64,000 bases of DNA, taken from Pseudomonadota bacterium. Lineage in GTDB: Bacteria > Bdellovibrionota > UBA1018. Location of the stretch: NCBI GenBank assembly GCA_027485695.1, contig JAIXQO010000004.1, positions 194,408-258,407 of the forward strand, given 5' to 3'. A program made the translations under genes and the position numbers. Below, piece by piece: positions 26,196-36,693 of the stretch; position 1 is the first letter of the stretch; the number at the start of each line of letters is the position of its first letter. The notes below the pieces were generated by a model. It was not told the origin of the DNA, did no database searches, and saw nothing but the letters and a program-made list of their open reading frames with translations.

Positions 26196-27406
26196 TATTG
26201 AATCCCCTCGCCCATTTTGAAGATCGGAAGGTACATAGCAATCATGAGGCCGCCTACCGTGCCACCCAAGAATACGAGGATGACTGGTTCGATCAGCTTA
26301 GTGAGGCCGTTCACAAGAATTTCAACTTCGGCTTCATAGAAATCGGCGACTTTCTCTAACATTCGGTCCAGCTGACCCGTGCTCTCGCCGACGGCCATCA
26401 TCTGAACGGCCATTTTTGGAAACACGTCGATTTGGCCGAATACGTATGCGAGGCTCTTACCTTGCTCAATTTCCGGTCGAAGAATCGAAACCGCATCTTC
26501 TAAGACTGCGTTGTCGATCGTCTGTTTGCAGATGTCGATCGCATCGAGCAAGTTCACCCCGGAATTCAAAAGCGTCGCCAGCGTCCGAGTAAAACGGGCA
26601 GTACCGCCTTTTTGCATAATCGGTCCAAAGATCGGTACTTTGAAAAACATTTTGTCCCGCAAGACGCGCCCTTCGGGACTCTGAAAGAATTTGGTCAGGA
26701 CGAAAGCCGCGAACGCTATCGCGCCAATCAAGACCGTGAAGTGATCTCGGATAAAATGGGAGACATCGATCACGAACTGGGTCGGAGCCGGGAGAGCTTG
26801 GCCGTTTTGAGAAAGAAGTTCTTCGAACTTCGGGATGACGAACGTCAGCATACCGATGATCACCGCGACACCGACGCTGACCACGATCACCGGATACATC
26901 ATGGCCGATTTCAGTAATTTTTTCAGGCGGTCGGCGTCTTCGAGATAGTTGGTGAGGCGCCGCAAGATCGCATCCAGAGCACCTGAACTCTCGCCGGCTC
27001 GGACGAGCGCAAGATAGAGCTTCGGAAATGCCTTTGGGTAAGCACTCATGGCCTCCCAGAGAAATGTCCCTTCGCTGACTTTTTGCTTAATGCCCATACA
27101 AAGAGTCTTAAACGCGCCGGATCCCCCTTGATCCGTCAGAATGTCGAGCGCTTGAGTCAGCGGAATACCGGAACCGATGAGTACCTGCATCTGTCGCGTG
27201 AAAATGAGAACTTCTTCTGCGGAAACGTTGGTAGATTTAAATACTTCTCCCAAATCTTTTTGGGCAAGGCTCTGAACAGAAACCTTCAGCGGACGGACGC
27301 CTTGACCACGCAATAAGATCCTCAACTCCCCTTCGGAAGCTGCCGTGACCTTACCTTTGACGCGGTTTCCTTGGCGATCGACGCCATCATACATGTAATC
27401 CGGCAT
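26195..27406 (-). CDS. pilC: type IV pilus inner-membrane platform protein PilC (GspF family)
   Basis: 403 aa with two GspF-like repeats and 3 TM segments. It lies between pilT and the activator. Confidence 0.9.
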   Translation of the reverse strand: MPDYMYDGVDRQGNRVKGKVTAASEGELRILLRGQGVRPLKVSVQSLAQKDLGEVFKSTNVSAEEVLIFTRQMQVLIGSGIPLTQALDILTDQGGSGAFKTLCMGIKQKVSEGTFLWEAMSAYPKAFPKLYLALVRAGESSGALDAILRRLTNYLEDADRLKKLLKSAMMYPVIVVSVGVAVIIGMLTFVIPKFEELLSQNGQALPAPTQFVIDVSHFIRDHFTVLIGAIAFAAFVLTKFFQSPEGRVLRDKMFFKVPIFGPIMQKGGTARFTRTLATLLNSGVNLLDAIDICKQTIDNAVLEDAVSILRPEIEQGKSLAYVFGQIDVFPKMAVQMMAVGESTGQLDRMLEKVADFYEAEVEILVNGLTKLIEPVILVFLGGTVGGLMIAMYLPIFKMGEGIQ

Positions 27407-27423
27407 CTCTGGTCCTCACATCC

Positions 27424-28497
27424 TCACTTCAGATTCTGAAGCATACGCATCAGCTCTTCGGGCATATAACTATATTCCATCGCGGCTTCGGGAGAAATGG
27501 TGCCGGACTTCACGTATCCGATCAACGCCTGATTGAGCGTCTGCATTCCTGTTTCGCCTTGGCCTGTTTGCATGGCGGAATAGATTTGGTGAATTTTCTC
27601 TTCGCGAATGAGGTTTCGAATGGCCATGCTCGGCACCAGAACTTCGCAGGCCATTGCTCGGCCGCGTCCACCGATCTTCGGCACCAGGCACTGAGAGACG
27701 ATCGCCTGCAACGTAAAACTCAGCAACTGACGGACCTGCCCTTGTTGGTGAGGCGGAAACACGTTGATCACGCGGTTGACGGATTGAATCGCGCTGTTGG
27801 TGTGAAGCGTGCCGAAAACCAAGTGACCGGTTTCGGCCATAGTCAGCGCCATCTCGATCGTATCCAAATCCCGAAGCTCTCCGACCAGAATATAGTCCGG
27901 GTCTTGGCGAAGAATTTGTCGAAGCGCGTTCTTAAAACTCTTGGTATCTACGCCCACTTCACGCTGGTTCACCACGCAGTTTTTGTGTGGGTGGACGAAT
28001 TCGATCGGGTCCTCGATCGTGATAATATGTCCAAACTCGTCCCGATTGAGCGCATCGAGCATCGCGGCGAGCGTCGTCGACTTACCACTACCCGTCGGGC
28101 CAGTGACCAGCACTAACCCGTTCGGTCGCTTGATCACTTCTTTCAAAATATTGGGAACGCCGATCTCATTCCACTCTGGAATCTTGACCGGAATTCGACG
28201 GAAAACTGCGGCAACACTACCGCGCTGGAGAAATATGTTACCCCGGAAACGAGCGACGTCCTTAATCCCGAACGAAAAATCGAGTTCCAGGTTCCGTTCG
28301 AACTCCGCTTTCTGAGAATCCGTTAAAACCTGATAGCACAGCTCCTTGGTATCTTGCGGAGTCAGTGCATCGGTTTTGACCTTAACCATGTTCCCGGAGA
28401 TACGGAACTCAGGCGGTACGCCGACCGTAACGTGCAAGTCGGACGCGTTCTGGTCGACCATGGTTTTCAAAAGTGCTGGAAGACTGATCTTCGCCAT
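27424..28497 (-). CDS. pilT: twitching motility retraction ATPase PilT
   Basis: 357 aa with Walker A GPTGSGKST, Asp and His boxes, and a PilT-type length with no N-terminal GSPII domain. Confidence 0.9.
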   Translation of the reverse strand: MAKISLPALLKTMVDQNASDLHVTVGVPPEFRISGNMVKVKTDALTPQDTKELCYQVLTDSQKAEFERNLELDFSFGIKDVARFRGNIFLQRGSVAAVFRRIPVKIPEWNEIGVPNILKEVIKRPNGLVLVTGPTGSGKSTTLAAMLDALNRDEFGHIITIEDPIEFVHPHKNCVVNQREVGVDTKSFKNALRQILRQDPDYILVGELRDLDTIEMALTMAETGHLVFGTLHTNSAIQSVNRVINVFPPHQQGQVRQLLSFTLQAIVSQCLVPKIGGRGRAMACEVLVPSMAIRNLIREEKIHQIYSAMQTGQGETGMQTLNQALIGYVKSGTISPEAAMEYSYMPEELMRMLQNLK

Positions 28498-28503
28498 TTC
28501 TCG

Positions 28504-30225
28504 TTACTCCATTGTCATCGAAATTGCTTCTTGAAGGCTTGTATGTCCCTCGATCACTTTCGTAATCGCGGATTGCCGGAGCGACTTCATACCATTGGCG
28601 ACTGCAGCCCTGCGAATTTCGATGATCGTTTGACCTCGAAGCACCATTTCTTTTAACTCTTGCGTAAAATCAAATACCTCGTAAATCGCGAGACGGCCCT
28701 TGTAACCGGTGTTCGCACATGCTGGACAACCCTTGCCCACAAACATTTTAACTGCTCCCAGCTGTTCTGGTGGCACGCCGAGTTCCTTTAGTTTCTCTAG
28801 TGGGGCTGGCTGTTCTATCCGGCAACGTCCGCAGATTTTGCGAAGCAATCGCTGAGCTACGATGGTGTTAACCGAAGAGGTCACCAGAAATGGCTCGACT
28901 CCCATATTCATCAAACGCGTAATTGAGCTTGGAGCATCGTTCGTGTGCAATGTGGACAAAACCAAGTGACCCGTGAGCGCGGCCTGAATCGAAACTTCGG
29001 CGGTTTCATAGTCACGAATCTCACCCACCAGAATGATATCCGGGTCTTGGCGAAGAAGGGATCTGAGAACGGACGCGAAGTTCATTCCAACGTCTTTGTT
29101 GATCTGAGTCTGATTGATCCCTTCCAAGTTATATTCGACCGGGTCTTCGGCGGTTGAAATGTTGTCCGCAGTCTTATTGAGATCCGCGAGCGCGGAATAC
29201 AGCGTAGTGGTCTTACCGCTACCGGTCGGTCCAGTGACGAGCACCATTCCGTTTGGAGAATAAATTCCTTTTTTAAAGACCTCGAGCTGCTGAGTCTCGA
29301 ACCCAAGTTTGGTGAGGTCGAGATTTAGGCTGCCCTGACTCAAAATACGCATCACAACTTTTTCACCGAATAGAGTCGGGAGCGAGTTCACCCGGAAGTC
29401 GACGGTCTGTCCGCCGACCTTGATTTTGATACGGCCGTCTTGTGGAATTCGGCTTTCGGAGATATCCATCCGGGACATGATTTTGAGACGTGCGACGACA
29501 GTACGTTTCAGTTCCGGTGGAACTTCGGCGATCTCGTGCAATGCACCGTCTACCCGCATGCGAACGCGGAATCGGCGTTCATAGGGCTCTACGTGAATAT
29601 CGGAAGCACCCCGACGAACCGCTTCACCCAAAATACCGTTTACGAAGTTAACGACTGCCTCGCCCGTCGTATCTCCAGCTCCCCCGCTGTCGAGGGAGAC
29701 GTCGACGTCATGGACATCGAAACTACTGAGTCCGATCGATTTATTCGCTTCGTTCTTGAGTTCGTCCCGCTGAAGTACGTTCAGGGAACTCGCGATCACG
29801 GCGGACGCACTGAAATATTTGCTCAGCGCTTCTTCAAACGCACTAAAAGTTGTAACGACTGCTTCGATGTTTTTCTTCGTGACGAACTTGACCTTGTCGG
29901 CCATCGCCAGTCTAGTCGGATCGCAAACGGCAACGACGATCACATCATTTTTAGACTGAATAGGAATCAACTGGAGATCGCGCACTATGTCCGTAGGAAT
30001 GAGCGAGATGACTTTTTGATCGAGCGTGAATTTTGAGAGGTTGATGCTCGCCAGATTGAATCGCCGACTGAGGTATTCGACGAGCTTCGCCTCGCTCATT
30101 TTTTTTGTTTGAACGAGCACCTTGACCGGACTACCGTTCGGACCTGCGTCCGCCACCGCTTGGTCGAACTGGCCTTGTGAAATTTTGTTGTCCCGAAGGA
30201 GTATTTCTGCGAGCTGCCTAGACAT
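28504..30225 (-). CDS. pilB: type IV pilus assembly (extension) ATPase PilB (GspE family)
   Basis: 573 aa with an N-terminal GSPII domain, Walker A GPTGSGKTT and the tetra-Cys zinc site (CGRC...CPAC). Confidence 0.9.
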   Translation of the reverse strand: MSRQLAEILLRDNKISQGQFDQAVADAGPNGSPVKVLVQTKKMSEAKLVEYLSRRFNLASINLSKFTLDQKVISLIPTDIVRDLQLIPIQSKNDVIVVAVCDPTRLAMADKVKFVTKKNIEAVVTTFSAFEEALSKYFSASAVIASSLNVLQRDELKNEANKSIGLSSFDVHDVDVSLDSGGAGDTTGEAVVNFVNGILGEAVRRGASDIHVEPYERRFRVRMRVDGALHEIAEVPPELKRTVVARLKIMSRMDISESRIPQDGRIKIKVGGQTVDFRVNSLPTLFGEKVVMRILSQGSLNLDLTKLGFETQQLEVFKKGIYSPNGMVLVTGPTGSGKTTTLYSALADLNKTADNISTAEDPVEYNLEGINQTQINKDVGMNFASVLRSLLRQDPDIILVGEIRDYETAEVSIQAALTGHLVLSTLHTNDAPSSITRLMNMGVEPFLVTSSVNTIVAQRLLRKICGRCRIEQPAPLEKLKELGVPPEQLGAVKMFVGKGCPACANTGYKGRLAIYEVFDFTQELKEMVLRGQTIIEIRRAAVANGMKSLRQSAITKVIEGHTSLQEAISMTME

Positions 30226-30402
30226 AAATAGAGTTTCATTTTCTCACAGTGACAATTTATGTCTATGGTTACTGGTATTATTTTTAAATATTAATTATGA
30301 ATCAAAATTTTGACTGATCTTTAAGTACCGCAAAGAGGGAGTTCAATTTTTGACAACGGGATTATTAACGGTACCGGCCCATCAAGACGAATAATCCAAG
30401 AG

Positions 30403-30657
30403 ATGATCAGGGCTAATAGTCGCATCATTTTGATATTGATAGCCGCCTTACCGTGCTCGGTAAGTGCTGAATCGCCTTGCGATCACATTCCATCTACGCT
30501 GAGCGTGCTAGGCAAACTCTCGTTGGAGGATGCGCGTCCCGTCCAGCTCGGCATGATTAAGATGTATCCGGACCCAACCCAACGCACAGATTACACGTCA
30601 AGAATGAGCCGTTACGTAGCTACAGGCTACGAGAACCTCATGAGAAAACGCTCCTAG
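30403..30657 (+). CDS. small secreted hypothetical protein
   Basis: 84 aa with a signal peptide MIRANSRIILILIAALPCSVSA|E. There are no other motifs. Confidence 0.3.
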   Translation: MIRANSRIILILIAALPCSVSAESPCDHIPSTLSVLGKLSLEDARPVQLGMIKMYPDPTQRTDYTSRMSRYVATGYENLMRKRS

Positions 30658-30675
30658 TCCAAACTGATTGAGCAC

Positions 30676-31386
30676 GTGGCGGCCGGTGGAAATCAGGTTG
30701 CGAAAGCACTGAGTGGAACGGCAGCACATGGATACGGCAAGTACCGATTCGATATTGAATCCGTCTCTCCGACACTTCGTGACGTATACGAGGCCACTAT
30801 CGAAGACAATGAATTTGGAACAACTATTTTTAAGCGATCCAAGCGATATGCAGAGGAATATTCCGCTCTCTTGGAATCCGCAAAAAAATTTGGAAAACGA
30901 GGAATTGAGCCAGGAAGCTGGGTGCTTCAACAGAAGATCAAACTCAGAGATTTACCTGGCCAACCGGAGTTCTTCGGAACCAAGATCATCGTCTACGAGA
31001 GAGGCCCAGAGGATGGAAACCTGCTGCTCGCTCGACTGATTCACGCCGACCCACAAGAACGAATCGCAGCCGGATACAGCAAGGACGAAGATTGGCGTAA
31101 GCTGGTTAGGCTACAACAGGATATCAACCTGCGCAAAGCAATGAAACTACCTCGCTCCCGATCCGATGAAGCGCTTGATCTCATCTCAGAGAATTTCTAC
31201 CTGGAGCTCACTTCGGTTTTTTGGGCACGGGGTTCGCTTGGAGCTTCAGTAGCAGCATTCCAAGCCTCTCTTTGGGCAATTGGAATGGACTTCACGATCT
31301 TCAAAGTGCTTCCGGATTTCGTTGCGTTCAGAGTATCACTTCAGGACTTTCAAAAAAGCATTCGAGATGCGGAACTTTTTGAATAG
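30676..31386 (+). CDS. hypothetical protein
   Basis: 236-aa ORF (the track start may be GTG) with no recognisable motifs. It converges on ribF. Confidence 0.35.
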   Translation: MAAGGNQVAKALSGTAAHGYGKYRFDIESVSPTLRDVYEATIEDNEFGTTIFKRSKRYAEEYSALLESAKKFGKRGIEPGSWVLQQKIKLRDLPGQPEFFGTKIIVYERGPEDGNLLLARLIHADPQERIAAGYSKDEDWRKLVRLQQDINLRKAMKLPRSRSDEALDLISENFYLELTSVFWARGSLGASVAAFQASLWAIGMDFTIFKVLPDFVAFRVSLQDFQKSIRDAELFE

Positions 31387-31391
31387 CGCAT

Positions 31392-32342
31392 TTAAATCAC
31401 ATTAAAATACGCACGCGCGCGCTCACGATCATGGGCGATCTGAGTCTTGAGCTCATCGAAGCTGGCGAACTTCTTCTCTTCGCGGAATCGCTCGACGAAC
31501 TGAACTTCGATCTCTTCACCATAGAGATCAATCGTCGAATCGTTCGGAAGAATGAGGTGGGTCTCGACGAGCTTTCCTTCGTCTGATTGGAACGTTGGTC
31601 GAATACCAATATTGGTGACGCTCGGATACTTGCCGGCGAGTGAGCCCCGGGTCACCAACGTCCAAGTGGCATAGACACCGTTTGGGAGTTCGAGTTTTTC
31701 GTCGATTCGAATATTTGCGGTTGGGAATCCAAGCAAACGGCCACGCTGATCACCTTTGCGAACGACGCCTCGATAAAAGAAAAAACGTCCAAGTAACTTC
31801 TCAGCTTCATGAACACCGGCGGATTGAAGGAGCGCGCGGATATTGGAGCTGGAAACCAGTTGATCGCCCACTTTCATGGCTGCGATTTGATGGAGCGCCA
31901 CGCCGAATTCCTGACAGAGTTTCTCGAGGACCTCGAGTGTTCCTTCACGGTTTTTACCGAATGCAAAGTCATGCCCTACGACCAGGTGGCGCGCCTTGAA
32001 TCCTTGAACCACCACATTCAAGAAGAAATCCCTCGCTGACTGGGAGAAGAAGTCTTGGCTAAAGAGCTCCTCCACCGTGATATCGATCCCCGCTTGCTCG
32101 AGCATCTCGAGCTTTTCGTCATATCGATTGAGCAGTTTCACTTTCTGACCCGGGCGAAGCACTTCTTGCGGGTGAGGACGAAAAGTGAAGACGCAAGCAG
32201 GGCCGCTGATGAGCTTGGCCAGTTCAACCGTCTTACTCAGAAGCTGCCGATGCCCGAGATGCACGCCATCGAAGTTACCGATCGTGAGAACCGATTGATC
32301 TCGCTCTAAAACCAGCGATGGAAGCCCATAAAAACGTTTCAT
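31392..32342 (-). CDS. ribF: bifunctional riboflavin kinase / FMN adenylyltransferase
   Basis: The N-terminal nucleotidyltransferase carries the GNFDGVHLGH motif. The C-terminal riboflavin kinase domain carries GFPTANI and YGEEIEVQF. Confidence 0.9.
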   Translation of the reverse strand: MKRFYGLPSLVLERDQSVLTIGNFDGVHLGHRQLLSKTVELAKLISGPACVFTFRPHPQEVLRPGQKVKLLNRYDEKLEMLEQAGIDITVEELFSQDFFSQSARDFFLNVVVQGFKARHLVVGHDFAFGKNREGTLEVLEKLCQEFGVALHQIAAMKVGDQLVSSSNIRALLQSAGVHEAEKLLGRFFFYRGVVRKGDQRGRLLGFPTANIRIDEKLELPNGVYATWTLVTRGSLAGKYPSVTNIGIRPTFQSDEGKLVETHLILPNDSTIDLYGEEIEVQFVERFREEKKFASFDELKTQIAHDRERARAYFNVI

Positions 32343-32415
32343 CTCTCTCCGCTCCTAAAAAAAACAAGGCCTCGGGGTCGATTCGATCCCGAGGCCCTGC
32401 CAAAACATTCGAAAA

Positions 32416-34722
32416 TTAAGACGAGAACAACATCTCGCGGTATTTCGGAAGCGGCCAGTAATCGTCGCCGATCAAGCTCTCAAGCTCGTCGCTGATCTGG
32501 CGAATTTCTGCCATCGAGGCTGAAACTTCGACCGCGAGCAGTTTCGCTTTTTCTTCTTCTGTGTGCGCGGATTCGGCCTTGGAATAAACCGTCTCGAGCT
32601 GAGCGCGTTTGGTTTGCAGCGCTGCAATCAAGTGCATGAGCTTGTTCAAGACATCGACTTGAGGAGCACTGACGCCCGCGGCTTTGACCGAAACGACGGT
32701 CTGAGCAAGATCACCCGAGTACGCGTAAGCGGCCGGGAGAACTTGGGTGTCGATCATCGATTTCAGCATATCGACCTCGATCATCAAGTTCTTGATGTAT
32801 CGTTCGACCCGGACATGGTAGCGCGAATTCACTTCGGCTTCGGAGAACACGCCGTACTTAGTGAAAAGCTCGATCGATTTTTTCTCGATCAACTGATGGA
32901 GCGCTTCTGGGGTCTTACGAAGGTTCGGAAGACCACGACGTTCAGCTTCGGCAACCCATTCTTCGGAGTAGCCATTGCCTTCGAAACGGATTTTCTTCGT
33001 TTCAATGACAGCGGCTTTGACGACTTCCATGATTGCTTCTTCGGTCTTCTTGCCGGCTTTCAGTTTTTCCTTCAGCGAAGCGATGATCTCGGACATACCG
33101 TCCGCGATCGCCGTGTTCAAGATCGTAACCGGGAACGCGGTCGAGGCGCTCGAACCGACGGCGCGGAACTCGAATTTATTGCCGGTGAACGCGAATGGAG
33201 ACGTACGATTGCGGTCCGTGTTGTCTTTCATCACTTCTGGAAGCTGGCTCACGCCGAGTTTGATGACGGCCTGTTCAGCGCCCTTTTCAGCGACAGCGCC
33301 CGCTTCGATCTCATTCAAGATCTTAGTGAGCATATCGCCCAGGAACGCGGAAACGATCGCAGGAGGCGCCTCGTTGGCACCGAGGCGGTGATCATTACCT
33401 GAGGAAGCGATCGCGGCGCGAACCAGACCCGAGTGCTTGTAGATACCTTTGAGCACGCTCATCAGCACCAACAAGAAACGAAGGTTCTGGTGAGGCGTTT
33501 TGCCTGGATCAAGCAGGTTCATTCCGTTCAGTTCGGAACCGCTTGCCGAAACCGAGAGAGACCAGTTGTTGTGCTTACCGCTTCCGTTGACTCCCGCGAA
33601 AGGTTTCTCGTGCAAGAGCACGGCGAAGTTATGCTTAAGCGCGACTTTGCGGAGAACTTCCATCGTCAGCTGATTGTGGTCAGTCGAGACGTTCGCTTCT
33701 TCAAAGATCGGCGCCGACTCGAACTGATTCGGGGCCACTTCGTTGTGACGAGTCTTGACCGGAACGCCTAGCTTGAAAAGCTCGAGTTCGACTTCGGACA
33801 TGTAGGCAAGAACGCGCGTTGGGATTGCACCGAAATAGTGGTCTTCGAGCTGTTGACCTTTCGGCGGTTGACCGCCGACGAGCGTGCGTCCCGTCATCAT
33901 TAAGTCTGGGCGAAGCGCCGCCAAAGAGCGATCGATCAGGAAGTATTCTTGTTCTGCGCCCAGGGTTGGAACCACGCGGTTCACGCCTTCTAGCCCAGTC
34001 ATCGCGAGGAGTTCGCATGCTTTTTTGGAGATGGCGTCCATGCTGCGAAGAAGCGCGGTTTTCTCATCCAGTGCATCGCCATGATAGCTGATGAATACGG
34101 AAGGAATACAGAGCGTCTTGCCATTCGTGGATTCCATGAGGAAAACCGGGCTCGAAGGATCCCAAGCGGTGTAACCGCGCGCTTCGAACGTGGTACGCAT
34201 ACCGCCCGACGGGAAGCTCGAGGCATCCGGCTCGGATTGAATGAGCTGTGAGCCGGAGAACTTTTCGATCGCTTGGCCCTCGTCATCGAAGGTCAAGAAC
34301 GCATCGTGCTTCTCGGCGGTGTTTCCGGTTTGTGGTTGGAACCAGTGGCAGAAGTGGGTTGCACCTTTGGTGAGTGCCCACTCCTTGATCGCATGAGCGA
34401 CCGTATTGGCGATCTCTCCATCCAGTTTTTGGCCTTGTTCCATGGTCTGGCGAATCTTGGTATAGACGTCACGTGGGAGACGGTCTTTCATTTGGCGAAG
34501 ACCGAACGTGTTCACTCCGAAATACTCGGAGACCGGAAGACGTTTGCCGTCTTCGTCGCGAGGTGGGTCGATTTTTCTTGGGTTACGGGATTGGATCTCT
34601 TTGATCGCTTGAAAACGGGCTTTCGCCCCTGTGCCTAGAGCCATGGGAATTGCTTCTCCTTGTGTGTGGGATGACGACAATGCCACCCCAAACCTACGAT
34701 CGGCGCTCTGAGCTTCATCCAA
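32416..34722 (-). CDS. glnN: glutamine synthetase type III (GlnN-like)
   Basis: ~740-768 aa with GSIII-specific N-terminal and catalytic regions (KGATHFCHWFQP, NGSGKHNNWS). The likely true start is Met27 (MALGTGAKARF, at ~34644). Confidence 0.85.
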   Translation of the reverse strand: MDEAQSADRRFGVALSSSHTQGEAIPMALGTGAKARFQAIKEIQSRNPRKIDPPRDEDGKRLPVSEYFGVNTFGLRQMKDRLPRDVYTKIRQTMEQGQKLDGEIANTVAHAIKEWALTKGATHFCHWFQPQTGNTAEKHDAFLTFDDEGQAIEKFSGSQLIQSEPDASSFPSGGMRTTFEARGYTAWDPSSPVFLMESTNGKTLCIPSVFISYHGDALDEKTALLRSMDAISKKACELLAMTGLEGVNRVVPTLGAEQEYFLIDRSLAALRPDLMMTGRTLVGGQPPKGQQLEDHYFGAIPTRVLAYMSEVELELFKLGVPVKTRHNEVAPNQFESAPIFEEANVSTDHNQLTMEVLRKVALKHNFAVLLHEKPFAGVNGSGKHNNWSLSVSASGSELNGMNLLDPGKTPHQNLRFLLVLMSVLKGIYKHSGLVRAAIASSGNDHRLGANEAPPAIVSAFLGDMLTKILNEIEAGAVAEKGAEQAVIKLGVSQLPEVMKDNTDRNRTSPFAFTGNKFEFRAVGSSASTAFPVTILNTAIADGMSEIIASLKEKLKAGKKTEEAIMEVVKAAVIETKKIRFEGNGYSEEWVAEAERRGLPNLRKTPEALHQLIEKKSIELFTKYGVFSEAEVNSRYHVRVERYIKNLMIEVDMLKSMIDTQVLPAAYAYSGDLAQTVVSVKAAGVSAPQVDVLNKLMHLIAALQTKRAQLETVYSKAESAHTEEEKAKLLAVEVSASMAEIRQISDELESLIGDDYWPLPKYREMLFSS

Positions 34723-34773
34723 AGTGAAGGAGCTGCCAGGATCTCAATTTTTTCGATCTGTTGGATCAGTCTT

Positions 34774-36693
34774 TTAAACTTTTGCCGTTTTCGGTGAGGA
34801 GTGAACCCCCTCTAGGGCCTCGATGCACTCGAACGTTTCTTGGGCGACTTCTTTTGCCCGAACCCGGTCGAAACTTGCAACTCCGCCGAACCGAACCTGC
34901 TCCCCGTACTCTAGCACAGTGACGATGCGATTCCAGAGTGTTTCCCCGACTTTACCAGCATTTCTAACGGTTTCCTGAAGTTCGGAACGCGTCAAAGCCC
35001 GGATATTTTGCCCCTGAGCTTCGGAGATCTGCTCCATCAAATGATCCTGAACTTGACCATAGAAATGAAGTGCCTCGTCGGGCGCGACCGTAGCCCAATC
35101 CAGCTTCCTGAACTCCTGACGAAGTCGTTCGGTTTCTCCTCGAAGCTGGCGTCCCCGGCTCGGTCCACGTCCCGGGTTTTTCCGGATCCAAATGACCCCG
35201 ATCACTGAGAGTGCGATCAAGAGCAGCGCGAGTAGTTGAATCACCAGCTCTTTGCCGCGAAATCTCAGTTTGAACTTAGGCAACTTCCAGGCGGCCGCCT
35301 GCCCGAGAACCGGATTGGAAGTAGCTTCTGGTACATCACCCGAAAGCGTTTTAGAGGTCTGATCACTGCGACGATCAGCCAGGCTGTCTGGCGAGGTCGA
35401 GTCGGCAACTCCCTCGACCGTAATCGGTATCGTGTCACTCTTGATGGTGACGTATTGTTTTTTGCGAGGGCTGTAGAACGTAAACGGAACCGCTGGGAGC
35501 GTGAAACTCCCCCCCGACCGTGGAACAATGAGCGACTCAAAGATTTTTTCACCCTGGGTACCGGCCTTGCCACCTCGGAGTTGGTCCTTGGACTCATAGA
35601 GCTGAAGTCCATCCGGAAGCTCGACCTTGGGCATCTTGAGATTAGCGAAATTGCCTTTGCCTTCGAGTTTCAGAGTCCAGTTCATCGACTCATTGACCTT
35701 GAGCGAGGTACGATCTGCGACGGCAACCCAATTAAATTCGCCGATTGCGCCATCAAATCCCGGAGGCGCTGGCGGAAGCGCCTGAACCTCGATCGTCACC
35801 GGGTCGGTCTTGAGCTGCGCGATTCGCGGAGCCAACTGATTGAAAAACTGGAAGAACAAATCCTCTTCGTCCCCGAATCCTCCGCCCCGCGCTTTCGGTT
35901 GCTCGACGTACTGGGCCTTGGTGTACATCGAATCAATGACGAGTTTGCCTTCTTTGAGAGCGGACGCGGAATAACGAGCAAGGAGCGCACGGTGATAAGC
36001 GACTCCGTCCAAGGTCACGATCTGAGCCGAGAGTCTACCGGTCAAAACCGGCATATCGAGCTCTTCTTTCAGAAATCCACTCATCGTTGGATACTTCTCC
36101 GCCACCACATTGAAGCTCGGATGCCGCGAGTAGAAATAATAGCTGACGGTGATCGGTTCACCTTTGACGACCGAAGTGTGATCCACTTCGGCGCGAACAA
36201 ATACCGCAGCTCCTTTGCCGACCTTACCGGAACCGCGAAGTCCATTCCCGGCCCCACCGTAGTTCGCAGGAGGAGGCGTTGCTTGTCCGCCCGTTGACAC
36301 TTGAATCGACAGCCCCGCTGCGTTCAAGATTTCGGCACCCACCTTGGTTTTGATCTGATCGATCGTGAGCTTGCCCTGTTTCTTAGGGCGAAGGACATAT
36401 GTGAAAGTCCGCTCGAACACGGCGCCGACCTTGCCGTTCTCGTAGTAGGACTGAATGTACGAGGATTGAAATTGATTGATCGTCTCGAAATCTGGTGCGG
36501 AAAACTGCGGCTCCTCCATCGGAACTTCGTTGTCGGCTTTGATTTTCACCTGGAGCGTAACGCTCTCATCATCGGCGATCTCCGTACGATCGACCTCTGC
36601 TGTCATATCGACAGCATGGGCGACGGTCGCACAGAAAACAGATGCGACAATTGCGGTCCGAAGAAAAAGACGATTCAGTTTCATCTCTACCAA
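34774..36693 (-). CDS. batD: BatD-like (aerotolerance operon) protein
   Basis: 639 aa with a signal peptide, an Ig-like N-terminal region, a C-terminal TM and a cytoplasmic tail. It is the last gene of the Bat operon. Confidence 0.7.
   Translation of the reverse strand: MVEMKLNRLFLRTAIVASVFCATVAHAVDMTAEVDRTEIADDESVTLQVKIKADNEVPMEEPQFSAPDFETINQFQSSYIQSYYENGKVGAVFERTFTYVLRPKKQGKLTIDQIKTKVGAEILNAAGLSIQVSTGGQATPPPANYGGAGNGLRGSGKVGKGAAVFVRAEVDHTSVVKGEPITVSYYFYSRHPSFNVVAEKYPTMSGFLKEELDMPVLTGRLSAQIVTLDGVAYHRALLARYSASALKEGKLVIDSMYTKAQYVEQPKARGGGFGDEEDLFFQFFNQLAPRIAQLKTDPVTIEVQALPPAPPGFDGAIGEFNWVAVADRTSLKVNESMNWTLKLEGKGNFANLKMPKVELPDGLQLYESKDQLRGGKAGTQGEKIFESLIVPRSGGSFTLPAVPFTFYSPRKKQYVTIKSDTIPITVEGVADSTSPDSLADRRSDQTSKTLSGDVPEATSNPVLGQAAAWKLPKFKLRFRGKELVIQLLALLLIALSVIGVIWIRKNPGRGPSRGRQLRGETERLRQEFRKLDWATVAPDEALHFYGQVQDHLMEQISEAQGQNIRALTRSELQETVRNAGKVGETLWNRIVTVLEYGEQVRFGGVASFDRVRAKEVAQETFECIEALEGVHSSPKTAKV

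Noticed and set aside
32563-33402. 279-aa + strand ORF inside glnN, and other ORFs antisense to GSIII
   Set aside because: GSIII is conserved across the whole span. The antisense frames are Arg/Asp-rich, which is typical of reverse-frame artefacts.
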